Source: an uncultured Gemmatimonadales bacterium
Lineage (GTDB): Bacteria; Gemmatimonadota; Gemmatimonadetes; Gemmatimonadales; Gemmatimonadaceae
Assembly: GCA_963850905.1 (NCBI GenBank)
Contig: CAWKMU010000003.1
Coordinates: forward strand, 96,001-160,000
DNA: 64,000 nucleotides
Direction: 5' to 3'
How positions within the stretch are numbered: the stretch's first letter is position 1; each line of letters opens with the position of its first letter. Under the pieces are notes generated by a model. It was not told where the DNA came from, made no database searches, and saw nothing but the letters and a program-made list of their open reading frames with translations. Position numbers and translations under genes: made by a program. This document shows, one piece after another, positions 30,201-41,094 of the stretch.

Positions 30201-30212
30201 CCGCGGGCGCAC
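27210..30212 (-). CDS. Outer-membrane protein: zincin-like domain, PD40/TolB-like propeller and Omp85/BamA-type barrel
   Basis: HELTH...EGLAVY, WSPDG/WTPDG/VSPDG repeats, VRGY loop, LEYRAPL, aromatic C-terminus. Confidence 0.8.
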   Translation of the reverse strand: MRPRCGERRIAATAAARPERFVAGRPCITGAWLIVASLAWLVLGAAHLDAQVDPSAHWRTLHTAHFRVHFNPDLEDEARRTAANAERAYRLLAAELEPPRGPIDIVLADNVDYSNGQTTPFPTNRIILYAYPPVDASGLRYYGDWNQLLVQHELTHVFHLDRARGWWRIAQHIFGRNPVFMPNLYTPAWVTEGLAVYYESRLTGFGRLNSSAHRTIAEAAAADSSLPRLDQVSLIAPQWPNGDGPYVYGSLLFNYLAETRGAATVPAFIEQSSGEAIPYLLDHVSHQVFGVSFEDAWRHWRDSVTHAAATLADPHRLALRILSREGYDAEYPRWVDSTHVIYGTDTEREVPGAYEVSITGEEARVGRRNGVNYNVPTADGVVYSQLEYTSPYDMRMDLYRSAHGHDVRLTDGGRLANPDVRSDGRIVAVWVHGASTQLTLVSHNGRNRLPITRFAIDTEWYQPHWSPDGTRIAAVRWERGGYMDIVVVDTTGALVRAFPLERAVVSSPAWTPDGRYVLFTSDRAGRPDLYQGSLERAVDSSVTLVGGYGAGVSEPAVSPDGRYVALVAMRGDGDHVAVAPYDPTHTFAVPPEVDPVDSVVVPPVTRDTMPSTRYSPWSGLIPRYWMPVADYSDQGFFQVGVYTSANDVLQRHSYALQALYDFRQPSQVEWTGAYEYRGLGLPVIDVGAEEFWTHDRIANPNGQTLGLLAHSTITPSLAATLLRPRFRTNLSWTIGVAWEFRNYSTSPGGLLADIDPFYASRPNFPSVFSTVAWTNARTPDLAISPEDGIALSGTGRIRWQDAAETTTERSVVGVFDAYKSLPLPGFAHHVLATQMAIGLENPGAISTFTAGGRSGQTLQIVPGFTVGDEPQVFSVRGYPLGSAQGTRAFEGSLEYRAPLWEAGRGWHLLPVFLGTTSLSVFTDVGEAWCPNAGGVLATVCAAPDAQRRLMHSVGAELNFVTSLQYDVPYRLRLGVGAPLANRQYYGAAPVDLYVTFGLPY

Positions 30213-30219
30213 CGTCGAC

Positions 30220-32196
30220 TCAGCGCGCGGGCGGAGCTGACACGGACACGGCTGGCGACGCCGGGGCCGGCGCCGCGGCCGGCACAGCCGGGTGAAGCTC
30301 GGGTGGTGATTCGAGTCCCAACTGGCGGAAATAGGCAGTCAATCCATCCGCGACGCCCTGCGCATATCGCGCCTGAAAGCCCGGCGTCCGTAACGCCGCT
30401 TCTTGCTGAGGGATGATCACGAACGCCCCCTCGCACAGCACGGCCGGCATCCAGGTCGGTCGCACCACAGCAAGATTGTCGTAGTGCACGCCCAGGTCCC
30501 GGAGACCCATCGCCTCGACCATCCCGGCCTGGACCGCACGCGCCAGGGCGAGGGACTGCGGATGGAAGAAGTAGCTGCCCGTCCCGTGTGAGGTGAACGG
30601 ATTCATCCCGTCCGGCAGCGCGTTGAGATGGATCGACACCATTGCGTCGACATTCGCGCGTCGGGCAATGACCGGGCGTGACGTGAGGGCAACCGCGTCC
30701 TGCGTCGTGCGCGTCATGACGACCGTCGCACCCCGCGCGATGAGCATCCCTTCGAGCTGCTGCGCGATCGCGAGCGTCGGCAACACCCTCGTAAAGTCCC
30801 GTCGGCCCCGTCGACCCCGCCGGCGGATGCCCCGCATCGACGGCGATCGTGAGACCGCGAAGCGGCGCGGCAGGGTCGACCGTGGGCGGCCGGCGAACTC
30901 GCAAGACGAATCCGGTCGGCGTCCAGAGCACGAGATAGCCGAACGGCGCACGCGACAGGTGCACGGTGTACCGCGCACGATCCGTCATGACCTGCGTCCA
31001 TGTGACATCCCGCACCAACGTGTCGGGCGGGCCCGGCACTTCGCCGAGCCGACCGACGTACTGAATCAGATCCGTCGAGGCCTGCGGTACCGTAGAACGT
31101 GACGTCGAGGTCGTCGCCGTTCTCTTCGACGAGATAGGGCGGCCGGTCGTCGACGGCGAAGGTGACGTCCACCCAGTCCTGCGCCGGGACCACGCGCACG
31201 ACCTCAATGACGCGGTGCGGCGGGACCCGCACGCTGCCCCCTGGCGGTGGGCCGGCAACGAGCGCAGTCGGTCCCATGCCCGGTGGCGAGGGCGAAGGCG
31301 GCGCAGGGGGAGCCACAGAGGGAGGTGGAGGCGCATGTGCCGGTCCCCCCGGCTTCGGCGAAACGGGTCGCGTGTCCGATGCGTATCTCTTCCCACCGCC
31401 GGCTGCAGATACAGGCGGCGATGCTCGGTCATCAGTAGATGGCGAGGCGCCGGATATCTGTCGTCGAGATCCAGATATCGAGCGCGTCGTCCAGTCGCAC
31501 GCGCTCGTAGCCGGGGCTGCGGCCGGTCACCTCCACCAACGTCCCCGGAAGGAGAAACCACTTGTACGTCCCACCTGGAATCGGTCGGCCGATGACGAAG
31601 CGATCCGTATCTGGCAGCGTCGTGTCCCGTGCCGCCAGCATGACGAACCGCCCGCTGTCGGGGAAGGGCTGGTCGAGCGCCAGCGTCGTGGACATCGCCG
31701 TCGAGTCTGCCAAAGCGGCGCGCGACGGCAGGAGCCGCACCGGATATGACAGACGGCTGGTGTCGGAGCCCACCACCGCTACGAGGTCGTACTGGGGCTT
31801 GGCGCTGTCAGGGACGGGGAGCCACGCCAGGAACGCCCCATTCGGCTCCACCGGCACGGCATAACCGTTGATTATGAGGGTGGCGTCGCCCGTGCCGACT
31901 GACCCTAAGATGAAGTTCGAGTCTCGCGTCTCAATGAGTGCATTCGGATGCGGATAGACCACGCTGATCGACAGTGGCCCAGTCACGTGCGGAATGGCCG
32001 GAAGCGGAGCCACCGCTCGCGAGGCTGCGTTGGCACCTCCTGCGGCAGCACCGCCTGCGCCCTTGGGGGCGGGGGTTGGGGCCGTCGACGGTCGCGGGCC
32101 TCCGCCGCAGGCCATGAGAGCCACAGCCAGGCCGCTCACAATCGCGCCCCTCTGCCACGGTGCCACCATTGCGCGGAAACTAACGGTGTGACGCAT
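30220..32196 (-). CDS. N-acetylmuramoyl-L-alanine amidase (Amidase_3) lipoprotein, several frameshifts
   Basis: Lipobox LMAC; IAVDAGH, SIHLNA, NLAVVRPTWMPAVLCEG spread over four ORF fragments. Confidence 0.8.
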
Positions 32197-32580
32197 CTGC
32201 GGTTAGGGATGCGCGAGTGGGCCAGCGGCACGCCATGGGAAGATGACGAAGCAGTCGCGAACCAGGTTCCGGGTGACCAACTCCGGAGGGCCGGATACGC
32301 GCCGCCACGACATGCTCGCACTGGTACTTCCAACACGCAGAGACCCCGACCCTGACACCCAGGCCTTGTGTCAGGCACCGCGCGTCAGTGCCTATCCGCC
32401 CCGCTGGACGTTACTTTCTCACTCCCAGAGTGAGATACCGAGCGCGTTCGCCGATACCCCTACCCCCCTCCCTCCCTGCTTCCTCCCCCGGGCGGTTCCA
32501 CCTGCGTCCCGCCGGCGAGGCGCGCCACGACGTGATATGCGAATGACGCCGGTCCCGGGGGTGATGGCAGAGGACCGGCC

Positions 32581-33698
32581 GTGAGTCCGACCGGCTCGGT
32601 TGTGGTTCGAGTGTATGGGTGCTCGGACGTCGGGCGCACACGCGACCACAACGAAGACGCGTTTGTCGTCGCGGATCTCACGACCGCCTCGCCCATCGCG
32701 TTTCAGCAGGACTACACCGAGATGCCGGGCGACCATGGCGCGATGTTCATGGTTGCCGACGGCATGGGCGGAGCCGCCGCAGGCGAAATCGCCAGCTCGA
32801 TGGCCGTCGACGTCGTGCTCCGCGAGCTGCAGGCACGCTGGAGTGGAGCGACCCCCGAGCCCGATGTCTTTGCAAAGGCGCTGGTGTCCGCGACGAGTAC
32901 CGCGAACGACCGGATCCACCTCTTTGCCAAGATCATCCCGAGTATCGCGGGATGGGCACGACCGCCACGGTCGCCGGCATGCTTGGGGATACGCTGTACA
33001 TTGCACAGGTCGGCGACAGCCGCGCATACCTCATCCGAAACGGCCTAGCGCGTCAGATAACGAAGGATCAGTCGCTCATGCAGCGCTTGATCGAGGCCGG
33101 CGAGATCACAGCCGAGGAAGCGGAAGTCAGCGAGCGGCGCAACATCATCCTCCAGGCACTCGGCCCGGAAGCGGCCGTCAAAGTCGACATCACGCACCAG
33201 CAGCTCCGCCGCAGCGACACACTCGTGCTCTGTAGCGACGGCCTCTCGGGCCTCGTGCGCGATCGGGAGATTGCCCAAGCCGTCCTCGAGGAGCCCGATC
33301 TCCGGTCGGTGTGCCTCCGACTGATCGCCGCGGCCAACGAGCGCGGCGGACCGGACAACATCACCGTCGTCGTCGCACACTTCGAGGGACCCGGCCTCTC
33401 GGACGCCGCGGAGACCGATCACGTCGGCCACCAAATCTTCCCAGTCGCCGACGTCGAGCCACCCACCGATCCAGTCGAACCAGCAGCGGCCGACACCGCC
33501 GACCCCAATCAGCCGGACGCCGCTCCCGGACAAGCGCCACCGCCGCCCAAGCGGCAGATGCGCACCAACACCCTCGAGATCGCCCCCCCGCGCCGCGACG
33601 ACACCCCGATACCCATTCGGATCCCCCGGCTGCTCCCGCTCGTCCTCGCCGCGATCGCCGTGATTCTGCTGATCGCCTATTTGATGCGCGTGCGGTAG
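32581..33698 (+). CDS. PP2C-type Ser/Thr phosphatase with C-terminal TM segment (frameshift near 32930)
   Basis: DVGRTRDHNEDA and VADGMGG in the first frame; GMGTT, QVGDSRAY, CSDGL, GGPDNIT in the second. Confidence 0.9.
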
Positions 33699-33755
33699 CG
33701 ACGGGCGACGCTTGCGTCCCCGCTGGTCTACGGGCGGTTGGTCGTCGTCTACTTT

Positions 33756-35116
33756 CTACTTTCTGACCTTCAACTTTCTCGAGCGCGAAGCGCCCGCGCC
33801 GCTGGGCGTCAGCTTCCCCAACACCCGCGGTCCCCGCGCACCGGTGGCACTGGGGACGTTGCCCGGCCTGCCCCGCAAGGTGGAGCGCGGCCAGAAGCGC
33901 AAAGGCGACAGCCTCCTTGGCCTCGCCATCGAAGTACACCGCATTCGAAGAGGCGCACCACGCGCGGGGCGAGCGCGCGCGTCAGCGCGTCCACAAGGGC
34001 GGGATTGCGTGCACCACCCCCCGAGAGCAGCACGTCGGTCACCGGCTCCGCGACGAAGCGACGGTAGGCGTCCGCGATGCTGCGCGAGGTCAGACTCACC
34101 GCCGTCGCGACAACGTCCGCATCGCTCGCGTGCGGCGCCGCCGTCCGGCATCGCGTGAGGAACGCAGCGGCATACGCCGCACCGAAATGCTCCCGCCCTG
34201 TGGTCTTGGGGGGTGACGCCACGAAGTACGGGTCCTGGAGCAGTGTGTCGACAACACCCGGGATAGGCGTACCCGCGCGTGCCATGGCGCCGCCGTCGTC
34301 ATATCGCTGATCGGGCCGCAACGCACGCACGACACCGTCGATCACGATCACCCCCGGCCCGGTGTCGAACGCACGCACGAGCGAGAGGGAGTTGCCCGGA
34401 CTTTCGCGAGCCGCGCGAGCCTCCAACGGCCTCGAAGCGCGTGGTCTACTTTCTACTTTCCGAGGTTCTACTCTCTCGGCCGCGAAGCGGCCGGGGGGAC
34501 GACCGTCAGGTTGCCGATGCCGCCCAGGTTCTGCAGCGCGCGCCAGTCGTGACGCGACCCAAAGAGGACCGCGTCCGCCATCGGCACCAGCGGCGCCCCC
34601 TGCCCCGCGGCCGCCACGTCGCGCACGCGGAAATCGCTGACGACATCGAGCCCCGTTCGCTCCGCGATGACTGCAGCCTCGCCGATTTGCCAGGTCGAAC
34701 GTCCCGGCTCGTGCCAGACAGTCTGCCCATGCGACGCAATGGCGCGGACCCGTGTGCGAGGCACTCGCGCGGTCTCGAGCAGCTCGTTGGCCGCATCCGC
34801 CAGCCACCCTCCGAGATCAAAGCCGAGCTGGCACCACTCGGCTGCGCTCACCCCTCCCTGAATCGCGCGCTCGAGCCGCCCGCGCTCGTCCGAGGTATAC
34901 GGACGCACCCGGTGAGCGAGCAGCTCGCAGCGAGTCGGTCGCCCATCCCGGCGGCCTCCCATGAATTCCACCGCGGCCGCAGTGATGCCGTCCAGCGACG
35001 TGCCGGACATGAGCCCCACAAAGACCTGGCGCTGCCTCGCGGCCCCGCTCCTGCTGCGCGCGAGGCGTTCGCGCGCGCCCTCTCCCCGCGTCCGAGTGAC
35101 GACGACCCGGGCTCAC
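33756..35116 (-). CDS. anmK: Anhydro-N-acetylmuramic acid kinase (several frameshifts)
   Basis: GLMSGTSLDG, SHGQT, GQGAPL, NLGGIGN, FDTGPG, PPKTTGRE, GGGARN, KEAVAFA, NVPSATGA; directly downstream of murQ. Confidence 0.9.
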
Positions 35117-36054
35117 GCGACGCCGGGCGGTGGGCCAGGCACGACGCGTCGGACCACCCCACCGACCGCCTCGAGCCGACGCTCAGCCTCCGCTTGGTCG
35201 ATTCCAAGCGCCTGCATCACGATCGCGGTCTTCACTCGACCGTCAGCCGCGTCGAGCAGGACACGCGCTTGCCCCCGCGGGATACCACACACCTCGACAA
35301 TGATGCGTTCGCTCCGGGCGCGCAGCTTCGCGTTGCTGGCGCGCAGATCCACCATGAGGTTCCCGTACGTCTTGCCCAACCGAATCATCGCGCCGGTGCT
35401 GATCATGTTGAGCACGAGCTTGGTTGCGGTGCCCGCCTTGAGCCGCGTGGAGCCGGTGACCACCTCCGGCCCGACGATCGGCAGGATGGGGACGTCGACG
35501 ACGGCCAATAACTCCGCCGGCGGCGGCGAGCAGGCGATCAGCGCGGTTCGGGCACCCCGCTCATGCGCATGCACCAGCGCACCCTGTACGTACGGCGTCG
35601 CCCCGGACGCGGCGATCCCGACCACAAGGTCGCGCGCGGTCAAGCCGCGACGCTCGAGGTCGTGCGCCCCCGTCTCGGGACGGTCTTCTGCACCTTCCTG
35701 CGCACGCATCAACGCAGGCGGCCCACCAGCGATGAGGCCCTGAACCAGCTCCGGATCCGTTCCGAAGGTTGGCGGACACTCGCTGGCATCCAGGACACCA
35801 AGCCTGCCAGATGTACCGGCGCCTACATAGAAGAGTCGGCCGCCTGCACGGAACGCGGCCTCGGCCAGATCGATCGCTTGCGCGATGACGACACGTTGGC
35901 TCGCCACGGCCGCCGGAACCGAGGCGTCTTCAGCGGCCATGAGGTCGACGATCTCGAGCGCGGACGCCAGATCGATATCGACCGTGCGCGGGTTGCGGTG
36001 CTCCGTGAGACTCAGGTCGGCGGGATGCACCACGCGGTTCGCCTGTCGCGGCAT
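35113..36054 (-). CDS. murQ: N-acetylmuramic acid 6-phosphate etherase
   Basis: TEHRNP, GAGTSGRLGVLDASECPPTF, GPEVVTGSTRLKAGTATK, NLMVD. Confidence 0.97.
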   Translation of the reverse strand: MPRQANRVVHPADLSLTEHRNPRTVDIDLASALEIVDLMAAEDASVPAAVASQRVVIAQAIDLAEAAFRAGGRLFYVGAGTSGRLGVLDASECPPTFGTDPELVQGLIAGGPPALMRAQEGAEDRPETGAHDLERRGLTARDLVVGIAASGATPYVQGALVHAHERGARTALIACSPPPAELLAVVDVPILPIVGPEVVTGSTRLKAGTATKLVLNMISTGAMIRLGKTYGNLMVDLRASNAKLRARSERIIVEVCGIPRGQARVLLDAADGRVKTAIVMQALGIDQAEAERRLEAVGGVVRRVVPGPPPGVA

Positions 36055-36080
36055 TGGCGTGCGGGCTAAGTTACCGAGCG

Positions 36081-37899
36081 ATGATCACGTCCCGCAAGCA
36101 AGTTCGCATGGCGATGCCACATGGCCGTCGCCAGCATCGCGCCGTTCTCGCCACCGCGGGCGCGAGTCTGCTTGTCGTCATCGCGGCGTGTCAGTCGCAG
36201 CCACCGCAACACGGCGTCGCGCCCGCAGCCGTGGCGACGTCACGCGTCCACGCCCCGCTCGCGGCGTCAAGCACCTCCTGGACGCTCGGCGAAGGCCGGA
36301 GCGCCACCCTCGCGCCCCACGCAATGATCGCCAGCAATAGTCAGTTGGCGAGCGCCGCAGGCGTCGAGATCCTGCGTCAGGGCGGAAACGCCGTCGACGC
36401 GGCCGTCGCGGTCGGGTTCGCGTTGGCCGTCACCCATCCGGAGGCCGGCAACATTGGTGGCGGCGGATTCATGGTCATCCGGATGACCGACGGACGCACC
36501 GCGGCATTCGACTACCGCGAGGTCGCCCCACTGGCGGCGACGCGCGATATGTACGTGCGGCCCGACGGCGGTCCGTCGCGCGAGAAGCATCGTGGGGCCC
36601 AAGGCGTCGGGCGTCCCCGGATCGGTTGCAGGCATGAGTGCCGCTCTGCAGGCCTTTGGCCGCCTCCCCCTGCGCACGGTCATCGCCCCCGCCCTCCGGC
36701 TCGCACGCGACGGCTTCATTGTGGACTCGGCCTTCGCTCGCTCGATCGCCGGCTCGCGCGCGGAGATCACGCCCTATGCGGGCGCCGCGGTGTTTCTCCC
36801 GGGTGGCGAGCCGCCACCCGTCGGGTCGCGCTTCGTGCAGCCCACCCTCGCTCGGACCCTCCAGCAGATTGCGGATCAGGGACCGGACGCGTTCTATCAC
36901 GGACCCATTGGCGCGGCGCTCGCCGATGAGATGCGGCGCGATGGTGGCCTCATCACGATGGAAGATCTCGCGCGATACCAGGCCGTGCGCCGTACGCCGC
37001 TCGTCGGCAGCTATCGCGGATACACGATGCTGACCATGCCGCCGGTGTCGTCGGGTGGAGTAACTGTGCTCGAGACGCTCAACATCCTCGAGACGTTCGA
37101 TCGACTCCCCCCGTTTGGCTCGACCGAATACGTGCACGTGCTGGGCGATGCGTTCCAGCGCGCGTTCATTGACCGCAACGGGAAGCTCGGCGACCCCGCG
37201 TTCGTGGACATTCCTCTCGATCGCCTGACGAGCAAAGCGTACGCGCAGCAGGTGCGCGCCACGATCGCGTCCGACCGCGCGACGCCCACGAGCCGGCTGG
37301 TGCCAGAGCTGCAGGAAGGCTCGCAGACCACGCACTACTCCGTCGTCGATGCCAATGGAAATGCCGTCTCGACCACCACGACACTGAACAACCTCTTCGG
37401 TTCCGGCGTCTACGTGCGCGACGCGGGCTTTTTCCTCAATGACGAGATGGATGACTTCGCGACGCGCCCCGGACGGCCAAACATGTTCGGGCTGGTCGAG
37501 GGTCCGCAGAACGCCATCGCGCCTGGCAAGCGGATGCTGAGCTCGATGTCGCCCACCATCGTCCTGGATTCGACCGGATCCGTGTTCCTCGTCGTCGGCG
37601 CCCGCGGCGGCCCTCGCATCATCACCAGCACCGCGCAGGTCATCGTCAATGCGATCGACTACCACATGGGCCTCATGGAAGCGCTGTCCGCCCCGCGCAT
37701 CCACGATCAGGCGCGCCCCGATTCGCTCCACTACGATCGCGGTGGTCTCGCGCAGCCCGTGCTCGACTCCTTGAGCACCATGGGCTACACGACGATCTCC
37801 GGCACCGCGAGTGGGACGTGCACCGCCGTCATGCGCACGACCGGCGGCTGGGCCGGCGCCGTCGATCCCCGCGCCACCGGCGGCGCGGTAGGATACTGA
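36081..37899 (+). CDS. ggt: Gamma-glutamyltransferase (frameshift near 36580)
   Basis: GGNAVDAAVA, GNIGGGGF, DYRE, GVPGSV, TTHYSVVD, LNDEMDDF, PGKRMLSSMSP. Confidence 0.93.
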
Positions 37900-37974
37900 G
37901 CCGCCGCCTCCTGCCTTCTCTCTGTTCTGCCCTCTTGACGGGCGCGTCGCGGTATCCAAGATCTCACCGTCTGA

Positions 37975-38090
37975 CCAGGGGTCAGGGAACAAATCGAAAG
38001 GCCGATCACGCTGCACAGTGAACGGCCTTGGACCGGTAGGGGCGACGCATTGCGTCGCCCGTTGTAGTCGTTGCGGTTGTCGTTCGTCTA
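37975..38090 (+). repeat. Composite REP-containing element, copy 2
   Basis: ggggtcagggaacaaatcgaaaggccgatcac..gtgaacggccttggaccg, REP (38036-38060), gttgtagtcgttgcggttgtcgttc. Confidence 0.88.
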
Positions 38091-38098
38091 GCGCCCCT

Positions 38099-38779
38099 CT
38101 ACGGCCCATCCACGTCAGCGACCGTTATCCGCCCCTGTCGCGGAATGCACACATCGAATGCCGCACCCGATGGGCGCGGATCACCGCCTGTACTGACACT
38201 GGAAGGTTGCAGGCCGTGGCTGAGTGGGTCGACCAGCATGCGGTCGTCCCGCGCGCGGCTCTCGATCTGTCCGGGGGCGGCCACCGCTCGCGGTCGACGC
38301 ACTCGTCGCGTCGCAACTGATTTGATGTGCGCGGTTGCCGGATAGCGGACGCCGTCGATGTCGAGCGAATCGAGCGCGATGCCGACCTGGGCAGCGCCAG
38401 GGTCTGCGGCACTCGGCGGCGTGACCGCCGTGACCCTGAAAGTCGCCAGCGAGCCCGCAGGGATGATGGCGCCGCTCGGTGCGTGAGCGGTGTCGGTGAC
38501 CGTCGCCGTGAAGCTGTCGCCGGCATGGTAGGCACTGGCGCACACACTGACATTCGAGAGCAGCACGACAGTCGCACCTGATGGGACGCTGCCACGCTTT
38601 CGCGGACCCGCAGAGACACTGAGGGCGAGGCTGCCGGTGGCAACAGCGACCGTTCGCGCCTCGCCGACCGCACGTCGACCGCTATCGTGCGACGCCCCAC
38701 ACGCACCGTCGCATACCGCGACACCAATCGCCATGCACAAGGCCAGCGGTCGGGTCTGCAGCCCGATATATTGCGGCAT
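38099..38779 (-). CDS. Hypothetical exported or lipoprotein, beta-rich
   Basis: 226-aa ORF with a hydrophobic N-terminus and VPSGATV...GDSFTATV...IPAGS pattern; fills the intergenic gap. Confidence 0.55.
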   Translation of the reverse strand: MPQYIGLQTRPLALCMAIGVAVCDGACGASHDSGRRAVGEARTVAVATGSLALSVSAGPRKRGSVPSGATVVLLSNVSVCASAYHAGDSFTATVTDTAHAPSGAIIPAGSLATFRVTAVTPPSAADPGAAQVGIALDSLDIDGVRYPATAHIKSVATRRVRRPRAVAAPGQIESRARDDRMLVDPLSHGLQPSSVSTGGDPRPSGAAFDVCIPRQGRITVADVDGP

Positions 38780-38854
38780 CGACTGTCCCTCGCCTGCGCG
38801 CCAAATTCAGTGCGCGACCGCCGGGATGCGGCGACGCACACGCGGGCAAAGCAT

Positions 38855-40702
38855 ATGCCAGGTCTGAGTTCCCTTCGCTCGTTATGGCCCTACATGCGCC
38901 CATGGCGCATGCGGCTGGCGCTCGGTCTCTGCTGCGCGATCGCCGCGGCGCCCTTCGCGCCATTGGGCACCTGGTTTCTCACCAAGGCGATCAACGATCT
39001 CAATCATCACGCGCCGCTCCGTCAGACGTACGGGATGGCCGCACTGATCATCGTCGCGTCGCTCGCCAGCGCACCGTTTCGTTACGCGATGCGCGAGTTG
39101 TTGAACGGTGTGAGCCGATACGTCGAGTACGACCTCCGCAACGCACTGTTTACGCACCTGGAGCGCCTCGACGCGGCGTATTTCGGCCGCACGCGCACCG
39201 GCGACATCATGGCGCGACTGACGAACGATCTGGCGGCCGTCCGCGTCGCGGCAGGGCCTGCCATCATGTATCTCGTCAGTACCATCGCGGGCGCGCTGTT
39301 CACGCTCGGGTTCATGCTGCGCATCAGCCCGCGGCTCACCGGTCTTACCCTACTGCCGATGGCCATCCTGCCGATCATGATGGTTCGGCTCGGGCGGGCA
39401 ATCCACGAGCGCTTTGAGGCGGTACAGGACCAGTTCGGTACCTTGACCACGCGCACCCAGGAAAACCTGTCGGGCACGCGCATCGTCCGCGCGTATCGCC
39501 AGGAGGCCGCCGAGATCGCGCGATTCGCTGGACTGAACGACGAGTATCTCGTGCGGAACATGCGGCTCGCCACGCTGAACGGCATCATGAGTCCGAGCTT
39601 CACGATACTCGCTGGACTAGGCGCCGTCGTCGTGCTCGGTGCCGGTGGCGTCCTCGTTGTGCATGGCACGATCAACGTGGGGGAGTTCGTCGGGTTTTCC
39701 ATCCTGCTCTCCATGCTGACCTGGCCGCTCATTGCGCTCGGGTACGTGGTCAATCTGTTCGAGCGCGGGGCCGCGTCGATGGGCCGTCTCAATGAGATCT
39801 TCAATGTGCAGCCGACGATCGTCGACCCGCCGCACCCACTCGCACTGCCGCCACTGGCGCCGAGTGCACGCGGGCGAACGCTCGAGTTCCGCAATGTGAG
39901 CTTTCACTACCCCACCCGTCCGGGCGAGCCAGTCCGGCCAGTGCTGCGCGATATCTCCTTCACGGTCCCGGCAGGTACGACACTGGGCGTCGTCGGCGCG
40001 ACCGGCAGCGGCAAGAGCGCGCTCATCGATCTCATCCCGCGTCTCTTCGACCCTCAGGCCGGGGACATCCTCATCGACGGGGTGCCCATTCGCGAGCTGC
40101 GCGTGTCCGAGCTGCGGCGCGAGATCGGCATCGTCCCGCAGGAGAGTCTACTCTTCAGCGATACGATCGCCGCGAATCTCGCCTACGGCCGACCGGACCA
40201 GGACCTGAAGGCGCTGTCATCGCTGACGGATGCCGCGGATGCCGAGGTGGGCAGGCCTTTCACGCCGGATGAGCAAACCCGTTGGGCCGCCAATGTCGCC
40301 CAACTGGACGAGACGGTGATGCAGTTCCCCGGAGGTTATGGCACCATGCTCGGGGAGCGCGGCATCAACCTCTCCGGAGGACAGAAGCAGCGCACCGCAC
40401 TCGCGCGTGCCCTCGCCCGACGCCCCGCCATCGTGTTGCTCGACGATGCACTCTCGGCCGTGGATACCCATACCGAGGCGGAGATCCTCCGAGCACTCCG
40501 CGATGCCGTCAGCGGCCGGACTGCGATCATCGCCTCCCACCGTGTGAGTGCTATTCGGGATGCAACCTGGATCATCGTGCTCGACGAGGGGCGCATCGTC
40601 GAGCACGGCCGGCACGAGGAGCTGCTCGCACTCGAAGGGCGATACTGGTCGCTGCTCAGACGGCAGCAACTCGTCGAAGCGGTCGAACAGGACGCGGCAT
40701 GA
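38855..40702 (+). CDS. ABC transporter, fused permease and ATPase (MdlA/MsbA-like exporter)
   Basis: RTGDIMARLTND, GATGSGKS, GERGINLSGGQKQR, LDDALSAVD, SHR. Confidence 0.93.
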   Translation: MPGLSSLRSLWPYMRPWRMRLALGLCCAIAAAPFAPLGTWFLTKAINDLNHHAPLRQTYGMAALIIVASLASAPFRYAMRELLNGVSRYVEYDLRNALFTHLERLDAAYFGRTRTGDIMARLTNDLAAVRVAAGPAIMYLVSTIAGALFTLGFMLRISPRLTGLTLLPMAILPIMMVRLGRAIHERFEAVQDQFGTLTTRTQENLSGTRIVRAYRQEAAEIARFAGLNDEYLVRNMRLATLNGIMSPSFTILAGLGAVVVLGAGGVLVVHGTINVGEFVGFSILLSMLTWPLIALGYVVNLFERGAASMGRLNEIFNVQPTIVDPPHPLALPPLAPSARGRTLEFRNVSFHYPTRPGEPVRPVLRDISFTVPAGTTLGVVGATGSGKSALIDLIPRLFDPQAGDILIDGVPIRELRVSELRREIGIVPQESLLFSDTIAANLAYGRPDQDLKALSSLTDAADAEVGRPFTPDEQTRWAANVAQLDETVMQFPGGYGTMLGERGINLSGGQKQRTALARALARRPAIVLLDDALSAVDTHTEAEILRALRDAVSGRTAIIASHRVSAIRDATWIIVLDEGRIVEHGRHEELLALEGRYWSLLRRQQLVEAVEQDAA

Positions 40703-41094
40703 CGACGCCCCAACCGTCAGAAGCGCAGGCGTCGCAACCGGAGGTGCTCGTCGTCGAAGACAACATGCTCGCCGCCGATGCCCTGCGCCTGCTGCTCGAG
40801 ACCCAGGGGTACCGCGTGCGGATTGCCGCGTCCGTCGCCGAGACGGTGCGCGCGTGCGCTGACCACCCCGTCGACCTCATGCTGCTCGACCTGACGCTGC
40901 CCGACGGCAGTGGCCTCGACGCATTGGCAACCGCCGCAGCCGATGGGACGACACCCCGGATCATCGTCGCGCTCACCGGCCATGATGATCGCGTATTGAC
41001 CGAACGGTGCCGGCGAGCCGGATGTCGCGAGGTGCTCCTGAAGCCGGTTCAGCCGCGAGAGCTGCTCGGGCGCGTTGCGGGATGGCTCGCGTGA
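40699..41094 (+). CDS. Single-domain response regulator
   Basis: VLVVEDN, LLDLTLPDGSG, ALTG, LLKPV. Confidence 0.9.
   Translation: MTTPQPSEAQASQPEVLVVEDNMLAADALRLLLETQGYRVRIAASVAETVRACADHPVDLMLLDLTLPDGSGLDALATAAADGTTPRIIVALTGHDDRVLTERCRRAGCREVLLKPVQPRELLGRVAGWLA

Noticed and set aside
33703..33721. Degenerate REP-like palindrome after the PP2C gene
   Set aside because: It lacks the adjacent GTAG head and has mismatches, so it was not counted as a copy.
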